Source of the DNA: an uncultured Candidatus Saccharibacteria bacterium
GTDB lineage: Bacteria; Patescibacteriota; Minisyncoccia; Phycocordibacterales; JACOZG01
Reading direction: 5' to 3'
Assembly (NCBI GenBank): GCA_964460805.1
Contig: CAYWPU010000001.1
Location: 38,624 to 102,623 of the forward strand
DNA length: 64,000 bases
The notes under the pieces were generated by a model. The model did not search any database. It saw only the letters and a program-made list of their open reading frames with translations, and was not told the origin of the DNA. The position numbers and the translations under genes were made by a program. Positions 8,626-16,861 of this stretch are shown here, piece by piece (the stretch's first letter is position 1; every line of letters starts with the position of its first letter).

Positions 8626-9089
8626 TAGATTATGCGGGCTTAAACAATATGATTAAAACCTCTCCCGTAGACATGGACAAGCGCGCCAAGCTGGACCTCC
8701 GAGCTGGGTACACTGTGCGCGTGTGGCAAAAGATCCAAGAAAAGGGCAAAACCCGCCTGCAAGCCTTTGAGGGTCTGGTGATCGCGCGCAAGCATGGCAC
8801 CGAGGCCGGGGCGACCTTCACTGTGCGGCGAATGTCCGGCACCATGGGCGTGGAGAAGATCTTCCCGCTCTACTCGCCTAATATTGATAAAATAGAGATC
8901 ATCAAGAAGTCCCGCGTCCGCCGCGCCAAGCTCTATTATGTGCGCGATAAGGCTGCCAAAGAGATCCGCCGCCAGATGCGCAACCTGATCTCACTCAAAG
9001 AAGAGAAAGAGGCCAGCGCTGAAGTAGCTGACGAGGCAAAAGATGAGAATAAAGAGAGCGGAAAAGAAACGGCTGAAGCGACAGTCTAG
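8622..9089 (+). CDS. rplS: 50S ribosomal protein L19 with acidic/lysine-rich C-terminal extension
   Basis: YTVRVWQKIQEKGKTRLQAFEGLVIARKHGTEAGATFTVRRMSGTMGVEKIFPLYSPNIDKIEIIKKSRVRRAKLYY matches the L19 core. True start may be MIKT at 8649. Confidence 0.85.
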   Translation: MIDYAGLNNMIKTSPVDMDKRAKLDLRAGYTVRVWQKIQEKGKTRLQAFEGLVIARKHGTEAGATFTVRRMSGTMGVEKIFPLYSPNIDKIEIIKKSRVRRAKLYYVRDKAAKEIRRQMRNLISLKEEKEASAEVADEAKDENKESGKETAEATV

Positions 9090-9108
9090 TTTGCTATAAT
9101 AAGAACCT

Positions 9109-9192
9109 GCGCGGGTGGCGAAATTGGCAGACGCACTACCTTGAGGTGGTAGCGCCCGCAAGGGCATGGAGGTTCAAATCCTCTCCCGCGCA
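9109..9192 (+). tRNA. tRNA-Leu (GAG)
   Basis: Acceptor GCGCGGG/CCCGCGC, anticodon stem CTACC/GGTAG with loop TTGAGGT, long variable arm, GGAGG-TTCAAAT-CCTCT T-arm, A73. Confidence 0.85.
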
Positions 9193-9225
9193 CATGGTAA
9201 CTAAAACCGCCCTCTCGGGGCGGTT

Positions 9226-9468
9226 TTAGTTAGCTTTCTTAATCAGCTTCGCCAGTCGCGCTTTCTTCCTCGCCGCGTTATTCTTCTTGATGATCCCCCG
9301 CTTGGCGGCTTTGTCTATGGCCTGGTAAGCGGCTGGGAGGAGTTGCGCAGACGGCGCTTTAAGGAAATCCTTGGTAGCCTCGCGCATCGCCTTTTGCCGG
9401 CGAGCGTTATAGACCCGCTTGCGGGCCGAGCTCCGGATCGCCTTCTTGGCTGATTTGATAATTGCCAT
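9226..9468 (-). CDS. rpsT: 30S ribosomal protein S20
   Basis: MAIIKSAKKAIRSSARKRVYNARRQKAMREATK is typical of S20. Confidence 0.85.
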   Translation of the reverse strand: MAIIKSAKKAIRSSARKRVYNARRQKAMREATKDFLKAPSAQLLPAAYQAIDKAAKRGIIKKNNAARKKARLAKLIKKAN

Positions 9469-9554
9469 ATTTACTTGATTTACTGTAAGTAGCGATAGTA
9501 TAAACGAATTAGAGAAAAAGGCAAGATTTTGCTATAGTTCTAGGTAAATTAGCC

Positions 9555-10124
9555 ATGATCGGCCAACTAACAGGTATAGTTGCGAGACGGGATCAGAAAT
9601 CAGTTATTTTAGACGTGAGCGGCGTGGGCTACAAGCTCTGGGTCTCGCTAGAGACGCTCAAGGGTATCAAAGCTGATGACAAACTCACGCTCCAGACTTA
9701 TCTCGCCGTGCGCGAGAATGCGCTAGATCTCTACGGCTTTGCTAATGCGCGTGAGCTACAGTTCTTTGAGCTGTTATTGTCTGTGTCTGGAATCGGACCC
9801 AAGAGTGCGCTGGCGATACTTTCGCTCGCGCCGCCGGAGGTGCTAGAGAAAGCGATTGTCTCTGGCGACTCGGCTTACCTGACAAAAGTCTCCGGCGTGG
9901 GCAAGAAGAGCGCGGAGAAAATTGTCCTGGAACTGAAAGATAAACTTGGCGCGCTGGAAGGCTACGGCAATGGCGAACTGCAAACAGAAGCAGAAGCGGT
10001 GGAAGCACTCCAGGCGCTGGGCTATAGCCTGGCAGAAGCGCGCCAAGCGTTGAAAAATCTCCCGGCAGATATCACAGACACTGGCGAGAGAGTGAAACAC
10101 GCGTTAAAGTATCTTGGAAAATAA
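9555..10124 (+). CDS. ruvA: Holliday junction branch migration protein RuvA
   Basis: MIGQLTGIVARRDQKSVILDVSGVGYKLWVS N-terminus, HhH region and C-terminal domain III. Confidence 0.9.
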   Translation: MIGQLTGIVARRDQKSVILDVSGVGYKLWVSLETLKGIKADDKLTLQTYLAVRENALDLYGFANARELQFFELLLSVSGIGPKSALAILSLAPPEVLEKAIVSGDSAYLTKVSGVGKKSAEKIVLELKDKLGALEGYGNGELQTEAEAVEALQALGYSLAEARQALKNLPADITDTGERVKHALKYLGK

Positions 10125-11361
10125 AATGGACAAGTTAAAGAAAATTTACCACTTCCTACTCGCGCTAATCGGTGTGCTAATTTATCGTTTCCCGTCCCGG
10201 AAAATTAAAGTGGTTGGCATTACGGGCACAAAAGGAAAAACTAGCACAGTAGAAATCTTAAGCACTATCTTAGAAGAAGCGGGATACCACACGGCCATTT
10301 CTTCAACACTGCGCTTTAAAATTGGGAACGAGAGTAAAAATAATTTACTGAAGATGACAATGCCGGGACGATTTTTCATCCAGCAATTTCTCCACCGCGC
10401 GGTGAGTGCTGGCTGTACTCACGCGGTGATTGAGATGACCAGCGAGGGAGTGAAGCAGTTCCGGCATAAATTTATTGACCTAGACGCGCTTGTTGTCACC
10501 AATATCGCGCCAGAACACATAGAATCACACGGCTCTTATGAGAATTATGTGGCGGCGAAACTAGAAATCGCCAAGCAACTCGGTAAGTCTCAAAAAACAG
10601 AAAAAATACTGATAGTGAACGGCGACGACAAAGAACATGAGAAATTTATTGCCGCGGCGGAGGGGGTAGAACACAAAAAATACAAGCTGGCTGATGTTGC
10701 GCCTTACAGCGCCAGTGATCGCGGTTCTGAACTAACACTAGAGGGCGCGCGGATCAGTTCTCGCTTGCCCGGGCTCTTTAATCTCAATAATCTGCTCGCC
10801 GCTATCACTCTGGCTAGGCACTGGGGCATGAATGCTGAGATAATCCGCGACGCGCTTGCCAACTTCTCCGGCATCCGCGGCCGGATGGAACCAGTGGGCC
10901 TGCAAGAGTTTGATGTAATCGTGGATTATGCCCACACAGCCGACTCACTCCAAGCTGTTTACGAGACACTCAAACACAAGAGGAAGATCTGCGTCCTGGG
11001 CGGCACGGGCGGCGGCCGCGACCACTGGAAGCGGCCACTGATGGGTCAGATCACTGATCAGTACTGCCAGCAAATATTCCTCACCGATGAAGATCCGTAT
11101 GATGAGGATCCAGAAAAGATCGTGCGAGAAGTGGCAACCGGCATCAAATCTGGTAATTATAAAATAATTATGGACAGGCGCCTGGCGATCAGGGAAGCGA
11201 TTAAGTCGGCTAAGAAAGATGACGTGGTAATCATCACCGGCAAGGGCACTGATCCTTATATCATGAAAGCGAAAGGTGAGAAAATACCCTGGAGCGATGC
11301 GGCAGTGGCCCATGAAGAGCTGGAAAGACTAAAAGCAACGCGCGATGCCGGAACTGCCTGA
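10114..11361 (+). CDS. murE: Mur ligase family protein, MurE-like (UDP-MurNAc-tripeptide synthetase), N-terminally compact
   Basis: P-loop VVGITGTKGKTST, DYAHTADSL motif, C-terminal Mur ligase domain. Only about 415 aa, so the usual N-terminal domain is reduced. Confidence 0.7.
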   Translation: MENKMDKLKKIYHFLLALIGVLIYRFPSRKIKVVGITGTKGKTSTVEILSTILEEAGYHTAISSTLRFKIGNESKNNLLKMTMPGRFFIQQFLHRAVSAGCTHAVIEMTSEGVKQFRHKFIDLDALVVTNIAPEHIESHGSYENYVAAKLEIAKQLGKSQKTEKILIVNGDDKEHEKFIAAAEGVEHKKYKLADVAPYSASDRGSELTLEGARISSRLPGLFNLNNLLAAITLARHWGMNAEIIRDALANFSGIRGRMEPVGLQEFDVIVDYAHTADSLQAVYETLKHKRKICVLGGTGGGRDHWKRPLMGQITDQYCQQIFLTDEDPYDEDPEKIVREVATGIKSGNYKIIMDRRLAIREAIKSAKKDDVVIITGKGTDPYIMKAKGEKIPWSDAAVAHEELERLKATRDAGTA

Positions 11362-12157
11362 AGTAGAGACGCTCAAGCGCGAGCTGGCGCTGATTGCAGG
11401 TAAAAAGTTTAAAACTGCCAGCGTTTTCTCTGCTCAACTCAAAAACCGGAAAATCATCAGCGTAGAGAGGCGCGCCAAAATTTTAATTATTAACTTAGAT
11501 TCTGAGCAAAAACTGCTGGTGCACCTCAAGATGACGGGCCAGCTAATTTACCAGCCAAAAATTGGCAAATTAATAATTGGCGGGCACCCGGAGCAGAATC
11601 CCTTCAAGTACACCCGCGCGACTTTCACTTTTACCGACAACTCAAAATTATACTTCAATGACTTGCGCAAATTTGGCTGGCTCAAATTACTCAAACCGAT
11701 TCACGCTGGCAAAATCTTAGATAAACATGGCGTTGAGCCGTTATCTAAACTATTTACGTTCAAAAATTTCCAAGATTTATTGCAAAGATATCCAAACCGG
11801 AAAATAAAACAATTTCTCTTAGATCAAAGTTTAATTGCCGGCCTGGGGAATATCTATGTGGACGAGGCTTGCTTCTTGGCCAGAATCCTGCCAACCAGAC
11901 TGGTAAAAAGTCTAACCAAATTAGAGCAGAAAAATCTGCACGGGAGTATTATCAAAGTTCTCAAACTTTCTATTTCTAAAAAGGGTACTTCGGCAAAAAA
12001 TTATGTGCGGAGCGACGGCACCAAAGGTGGCTTTGTCCCCTATCTCAATGTCTATGGCCGCAAAGGTGAACTGTGTAAGCGGTGTAAAAAGTCTAAAATC
12101 ACAAAAACAAAACTAAACGGCAGAGGAACGCATTTTTGTGAGAATTGTCAGAAATAA
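11345..12157 (+). CDS. mutM: formamidopyrimidine-DNA glycosylase (Fpg/MutM)
   Basis: MPELPEVETLKRELA N-terminus with catalytic Pro2/Glu3, and C-terminal zinc finger CKRC...CENC. Confidence 0.85.
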   Translation: MPELPEVETLKRELALIAGKKFKTASVFSAQLKNRKIISVERRAKILIINLDSEQKLLVHLKMTGQLIYQPKIGKLIIGGHPEQNPFKYTRATFTFTDNSKLYFNDLRKFGWLKLLKPIHAGKILDKHGVEPLSKLFTFKNFQDLLQRYPNRKIKQFLLDQSLIAGLGNIYVDEACFLARILPTRLVKSLTKLEQKNLHGSIIKVLKLSISKKGTSAKNYVRSDGTKGGFVPYLNVYGRKGELCKRCKKSKITKTKLNGRGTHFCENCQK

Positions 12158-12159
12158 AC

Positions 12160-12660
12160 TTACAAATCAAGTAGCCGGAAAATCGCAATACCCGCCGCCA
12201 CGCTCACGTTGAGCGACTCCTTCTCTCCTCTCATCGGGATTTCTATTATTTTGTCGCAAATTTGCAAGATTTCTGGTGTGATTCCTTCCACTTCGTTGCC
12301 CAAAATTAACGCTAAATTCTCATCCTTATTTTCTCGCGCAAATTGTTTATAATCCACACTGTTTTTGTCCTGCTCTAATGCAATTATTTTAAATTTTTCT
12401 CGTTTTAATCTATTTATTATTTCAGACAAACTTTCTACTTCCCCGCCTTTGGCGAGGCGGGTCTGCCACTTCACTATTTTCTCTGCGCCCAGTGCAGTTT
12501 TAGCAATCTCTTTATTCTCACGCTCAAAATTATCTCGCGGCGCAGGTGTGTAACCAGTGAGAAATATCTTTTTAACTCCAGCACATTCTGCCGTACGGAA
12601 AATAGAACCAACGTTGTGGCTACTCCGGATATTATGTAGAATTAGTGTGATGTTGAGCAT
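12160..12660 (-). CDS. SpoU/TrmH-family RNA 2'-O-methyltransferase
   Basis: LILHNIRSSHNVGSIFRTAECAGV and SLNVSVAAGIAIFRL motifs of SPOUT methyltransferases. Confidence 0.8.
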   Translation of the reverse strand: MLNITLILHNIRSSHNVGSIFRTAECAGVKKIFLTGYTPAPRDNFERENKEIAKTALGAEKIVKWQTRLAKGGEVESLSEIINRLKREKFKIIALEQDKNSVDYKQFARENKDENLALILGNEVEGITPEILQICDKIIEIPMRGEKESLNVSVAAGIAIFRLLDL

Positions 12661-12964
12661 ATTCCCCGGTCTCTTGCCTTATGGCCCCGCCCTAGCGCCG
12701 CTGATACTCCGCCTAGCGCTGGGCGGCGTGCTGGCCTACTCCGGCTACCGTTCGCCCCGGCCAGCTGTCCGTTATAGCCTAGTCGTCATCGGCGCGGGAT
12801 TGATCGCTGGCTTCCTCGTCCAGCCGCTAGCTCTGCTGGTTCTGCTTCTCTCAGCCTACAGACTCTACCACAAAACGAGCGGTCAGTGGTTACTGCTCGG
12901 CGCCAGCGCGCTGGCGCTCCTCTTCCTTGGCCCGGGAATCCTCGCCATTGATTTACCGCTATAA
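12650..12964 (+). CDS. hypothetical membrane protein (DoxX-like topology)
   Basis: ORF 12557..12964 overlaps trmH, so I placed the start at ATG 12650 (MLSIFPGLLPYGPALAPLILRLALGGVLAYSGY). Three predicted TM helices. Confidence 0.4.
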   Translation: MLSIFPGLLPYGPALAPLILRLALGGVLAYSGYRSPRPAVRYSLVVIGAGLIAGFLVQPLALLVLLLSAYRLYHKTSGQWLLLGASALALLFLGPGILAIDLPL

Positions 12965-12984
12965 AGTGCTAGAGTTTCACAGTC

Positions 12985-13057
12985 GCCCCGTTAGCTCAGT
13001 TGGTAGAGCAGTTGCCTTTTAAGCAAACGGTCGCAGGTTCAATTCCTGCACGGGGCA
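12985..13057 (+). tRNA. tRNA-Lys (TTT)
   Basis: GCCCCGTTAGCTCAGTTGGTAGAGC start, anticodon loop CTTTTAA, T-arm GCAGG-TTCAATT-CCTGC, A73. Confidence 0.85.
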
Positions 13058-13063
13058 CAAACG

Positions 13064-13630
13064 CTAGACTGTCAGCAAGAGACGCTCTAGCTCTAGATTA
13101 AAATCTCTTCCCTCTTCCCGCTTGGTGTCGTGCCAGAGGCGGACTAACTTAGCAGAGAGAGATGCCAGCTCCGGGCGAGTATAGCGCCGCGAGCCGGACT
13201 GTAAGAGTGTCTTGACCTTCCACACCAGCGCACGCCAGTAGATCTCCTCCCCGCTCACACCCGCCAGGAGCGCTTGCTGATAGCCCAGCCAGAGCTGGGC
13301 CCGATCTCGCGCGGCGAGAGCGTCAGCCAGCGCGAACAAGTTAAAGCCAGCGCGCTTGGCTAGCAATTCTGGCTTAAAGCGCAAGACCTTGGTCGCGCTC
13401 GCTTTAATCTTCTCTAGCGCTATTTCTCCTAACTCAGCAATATCATCCAGCACAATCAAACTCTGCTCGCCAAATAAATCCGCTCCGCTCTCCAATAATT
13501 CTGCCAGCTTCTCCTGCTCTGCCGCAAAATTATCGTTATCAAATTTATACACCGCACCGCCCGGATTCTTGTCTCTGAACTGCGCAACCGCTTTTGCCAA
13601 TTTCTCTCGGTTGTTAAATAAATACAGCAT
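13064..13630 (-). CDS. DNA polymerase III delta subunit-like protein (HolA-like, strongly shortened)
   Basis: MLYLFNNRE... start and helical C-terminal region resemble delta-subunit domains. 188 aa is far shorter than canonical HolA, so this is tentative. Confidence 0.35.
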   Translation of the reverse strand: MLYLFNNREKLAKAVAQFRDKNPGGAVYKFDNDNFAAEQEKLAELLESGADLFGEQSLIVLDDIAELGEIALEKIKASATKVLRFKPELLAKRAGFNLFALADALAARDRAQLWLGYQQALLAGVSGEEIYWRALVWKVKTLLQSGSRRYTRPELASLSAKLVRLWHDTKREEGRDFNLELERLLLTV

Positions 13631-13647
13631 ATCCAGATTTTTTGTTT

Positions 13648-14424
13648 TTATATTTCTAACTTAATCCCCACCGGACAATGATCAGAACCAAGCACTTGAT
13701 CTAAAATAAAAGCATCTGTTACTTTATTTTTCAAAATCTCGCTCACAAAGAAGTAATCTATCCGCCAGCCGATATTGCGCTCTCGCGCAAAAGTCCGATA
13801 GCTCCACCAGCTATACTGCACTTTATTTTTATTTATCAGTCTAAACGTATCCACAAAGCCGTTCTTAATCAACTTATCCGCCCAGGCGCGCTCCTCCCGA
13901 GTAAAGCCAGAATTACCCTCATTATCCTTCGGCCTCGCCAAGTCTAGCTCCTCGCGCGCCACGTTAAAGTCGCCGGTGAGAATAACTGGCTTTTTCTTCT
14001 CTAATTTTTTCACAAATTTAAGATAAGCGTCATTAAATTTTAATTTATAATCCAGTCTAGATAATTCGTGATTGGCGTTAGGGAAATAAGCGTTCACAAA
14101 ATAAAATTTTTCAAACTCCATCGTCTGCACGCGACCCTCGCAGTCAAATTCTGCGACTCCCATGCCATTTTGCACACTCGGTGGCTCAAGCTTAGCGAGG
14201 AAAGCCGTGCCGCTATAACCCGCTCTCTCCGCCGGATGCCAGTATTCCTCATACCCAACAAAATCAAATTCTTCTTTTTCCCTCGCCGCGTTGCTGATCT
14301 TGATCTCTTGCAGAGCCAGCACGTCTGGCCTGTGTTCTTGCAGAAAATCAACAAAACCATTCTTCACCGCCGCGCGGATGCCGTTGACGTTCCAGCTCAT
14401 GAGCGTGAGGGTCTGCTTAGCCAT
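13648..14424 (-). CDS. xth: exodeoxyribonuclease III (Xth, AP endonuclease)
   Basis: LMSWNVNGIRA, LQEIK, final SDHCPVGIKLEI motifs. Start chosen at MAKQ; MSWNVNG at 14400 is an alternative. Confidence 0.85.
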   Translation of the reverse strand: MAKQTLTLMSWNVNGIRAAVKNGFVDFLQEHRPDVLALQEIKISNAAREKEEFDFVGYEEYWHPAERAGYSGTAFLAKLEPPSVQNGMGVAEFDCEGRVQTMEFEKFYFVNAYFPNANHELSRLDYKLKFNDAYLKFVKKLEKKKPVILTGDFNVAREELDLARPKDNEGNSGFTREERAWADKLIKNGFVDTFRLINKNKVQYSWWSYRTFARERNIGWRIDYFFVSEILKNKVTDAFILDQVLGSDHCPVGIKLEI

Positions 14425-14510
14425 TTGCGGCCAGTTTAACATTTTTTAAGCCAGAAAAAAGCTCCCGCGTGACACCACGCAGGAGCTTGGGATGTTACAG
14501 ACAAAGATTC

Positions 14511-14984
14511 TCAAGAAACAGCAGTGGAGAGTCGGTTGTCAATATAATTTACGAGGTAATCGACAGTAAAGCAATCCGCCAAACGGTGTAGAACTGGATC
14601 TCGTCGGAAAACCGACAAATCCAGTCTGGGCATCGCATCTTGGATCTTCACCAATCCCCGGGGTGTAAATCTACCTTCTTGGCAAAATTCCGGAACATAC
14701 ACCACCTGCTCCCAAAAAACTTTGTCGGGGAAAAGCTCACCGGCTGGGATAGTAACTGAAAAACTTTTCTCCAGTCTAAAGACAATATCCAAAAAATCAA
14801 TAGACTCGGCACCCAGGTCTGTGATGAGGGTAGAATCTAATTTAACCTCGCTCGCGTCCACCCCCAAAACCTCCCTCAGTACATGTCGGATTTTTTCAAA
14901 AACTTCAATCCTGTCCAAAGCGCACCTCTCTTTCTCAATGAACGCGCCACCTATATATCTATCACAGCCCCTCCAGTTTTGCAA
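14511..14984 (-). CDS. acyl-carrier-protein-like (PP-binding) domain protein with C-terminal extension
   Basis: IRHVLREVLGVDASEVKLDSTLITDLGAESIDFLDIVFRLEKSF resembles the ACP helix II region with a Ser in a DSL-like context. About 60 extra C-terminal residues. Confidence 0.4.
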   Translation of the reverse strand: MQNWRGCDRYIGGAFIEKERCALDRIEVFEKIRHVLREVLGVDASEVKLDSTLITDLGAESIDFLDIVFRLEKSFSVTIPAGELFPDKVFWEQVVYVPEFCQEGRFTPRGLVKIQDAMPRLDLSVFRRDPVLHRLADCFTVDYLVNYIDNRLSTAVS

Positions 14985-15573
14985 AATCCTCTCTCAGCGT
15001 ATCTAATAGCCCGCGGTTATAGATTGCCGCGGCAGGATGATAGAGCGGCAGGATTTGCACTTTGCCGTAACTCGTCTCTGCTTCAAATAATTGCCCGTGT
15101 ATCTGACTAATACTGCGCAAAACATCAGCCAAACCGAACTTCATCATAATATATTGCATAGAGAAGCGACCGAGAGTAGCAATCACTTTTGGCTGGATAA
15201 TTTCAATTTGCCTGTCTAAAAATGGCCCATAAGCCGCAATCTCCTCCGGCAAGGGGTCGCGATTCTGAGGCGGGCGGTCTTTCACGATATTTGTAACGTA
15301 AACAGAGGCGCGGGTAATATTTACAGATGCTAACAGCTCGTCCAGCAATTTGCCGGAAGCGCCGCAGAACGGCCGACCGGTTGCCGCTTCATTCTTGCCC
15401 GGCGCCTCGCCCACGAACATTATCTTTGCCTCATGGCTCCCCTCGCCAATCACCGGCAAATTTTTATTTACAGTTCTAAAGGCGTAAAGCGGCGAGCTAG
15501 TGAGCGCGAGTACTTCGTCTTTGATCTGTTTGAGCGCCAGAGTGCGCTCGGTGAGAGATAAGCTAATTGCCAT
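14962..15573 (-). CDS. uracil-DNA glycosylase, family 4
   Basis: IMFVGEAPGKNEAATGRPFCGASGKLLDELL is the family-4 UDG signature. Confidence 0.8.
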   Translation of the reverse strand: MAISLSLTERTLALKQIKDEVLALTSSPLYAFRTVNKNLPVIGEGSHEAKIMFVGEAPGKNEAATGRPFCGASGKLLDELLASVNITRASVYVTNIVKDRPPQNRDPLPEEIAAYGPFLDRQIEIIQPKVIATLGRFSMQYIMMKFGLADVLRSISQIHGQLFEAETSYGKVQILPLYHPAAAIYNRGLLDTLREDFAKLEGL

Positions 15574-16039
15574 TGCCGCCTGCCTTATCGCCAGCCAGGA
15601 ACTGCTCCAAGGACCAGAAGACGGTGAAGATGAGGAGCGTGAGCACAGCCACCAAAAGCGCGAGAGTATAGAAGCCGTAACCCACGGCCATGCCTAGGCC
15701 AGCGGCCACCCAGAGGCCAGCCGCCGTGGTGAGACCACTAACCTTCTGATCTTTGAAAATAATAAGACCAGTACCGAGGAAGCCGATACCCACAATCACC
15801 TGAGAAGCCACGCGGAGCGGATCAAAAGTGCGAATCCCCAGCGCCAAGTACTGCCGCGACACCAAGTCGGCGATGACGATGAAGAGCGCCGAGCCTAGGC
15901 TGACCAAGGCATAAGTGCGCATGCCAGCCGTCTTGCCCGCCAGCGAGCGCTCTATCCCCAGCGCGCCGCCCAGCACGAGCGCAAAGACGAGCTTGAGCAC
16001 GATCTCCCAGTTTGCAGTTACTAGTTCAATCTCTGGCAT
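15563..16039 (-). CDS. MgtC/SapB-family membrane protein
   Basis: LGIERSLAGKTAGMRTYALVSLGSALF is characteristic of the MgtC family. Confidence 0.75.
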   Translation of the reverse strand: MPEIELVTANWEIVLKLVFALVLGGALGIERSLAGKTAGMRTYALVSLGSALFIVIADLVSRQYLALGIRTFDPLRVASQVIVGIGFLGTGLIIFKDQKVSGLTTAAGLWVAAGLGMAVGYGFYTLALLVAVLTLLIFTVFWSLEQFLAGDKAGGNGN

Positions 16040-16054
16040 AGATATTTGCCCTGA

Positions 16055-16819
16055 TTATACCAAGCCCGCTTCCACCTCGCCAGCCTGGGCGCGATATAAG
16101 CAATAATCGCAACCCTCGCTCGCCTCTGGCAAGTGCTTGCTCACTAGGCAAGCTTTAATTTGTAAAATAGCCGGCTCTATCCAATCTGTTTTGCCCGTGT
16201 AAGGGATCAGTTTAACATCAAATTCTAGCTTGCCATCAAAGGCTTCCGCATCGCGCTTGCCGTTCACATACACAAAGTAGCCAGTATCAGAAACTTTAAA
16301 ATCGTTCTTTCTTAGCAAATACTGATAGAACTCCATCTGGCGCTTATAACCACCTTGCCACTCAGCGTCTAGATTAACCTCATCATCTTTGCTCGTCGCC
16401 TTGTAATCCACCACGATCAATTCGTCGTCTTTATTTTGCCAGACATCATCCACACCACCAGTTAGTAATAAATTAGTCTGCTCATGCAAGTACTGCACGC
16501 CCGCGCGCAGTGAGTCGCGCCACTTATCCATCTCCGGATGATTGAACGGCACAGCCTCCAAGCCATAAGCGCGCATAAGCGGATGCGCTGTCTGCTCTGT
16601 TCTGTGCACGTCAAACTCCTTCTTGAGCAAGTGGTCCACAGCAGAATTGAGATTGAAAGGGAAGCCCGGCGGGCGGTCCACGCCCAGTCTCCGGTCTAAA
16701 TAAAAACATCTGGGACATTCTAAGAATCTATCCACCTTGCTCCGGCTGAGTTTGAAGGGTTCGCCAGATGCCGGATCAAAAATATTCCGCGTCCGCTTGC
16801 CTTTGTAATATTGGGACAT
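16055..16819 (-). CDS. PD-(D/E)XK nuclease superfamily protein, Cas4/RecB-like with 4-Cys cluster
   Basis: N-terminal CPRC, motif II D in GGVDDV, motif III in IVVDYKATS (D/E-x-K), C-terminal CDYC. No CRISPR array nearby. Confidence 0.55.
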   Translation of the reverse strand: MSQYYKGKRTRNIFDPASGEPFKLSRSKVDRFLECPRCFYLDRRLGVDRPPGFPFNLNSAVDHLLKKEFDVHRTEQTAHPLMRAYGLEAVPFNHPEMDKWRDSLRAGVQYLHEQTNLLLTGGVDDVWQNKDDELIVVDYKATSKDDEVNLDAEWQGGYKRQMEFYQYLLRKNDFKVSDTGYFVYVNGKRDAEAFDGKLEFDVKLIPYTGKTDWIEPAILQIKACLVSKHLPEASEGCDYCLYRAQAGEVEAGLV

Positions 16820-16861
16820 GTTGGGAGTTTAGCATGAAAAATTTTGAAGGCTAAATCGGCC

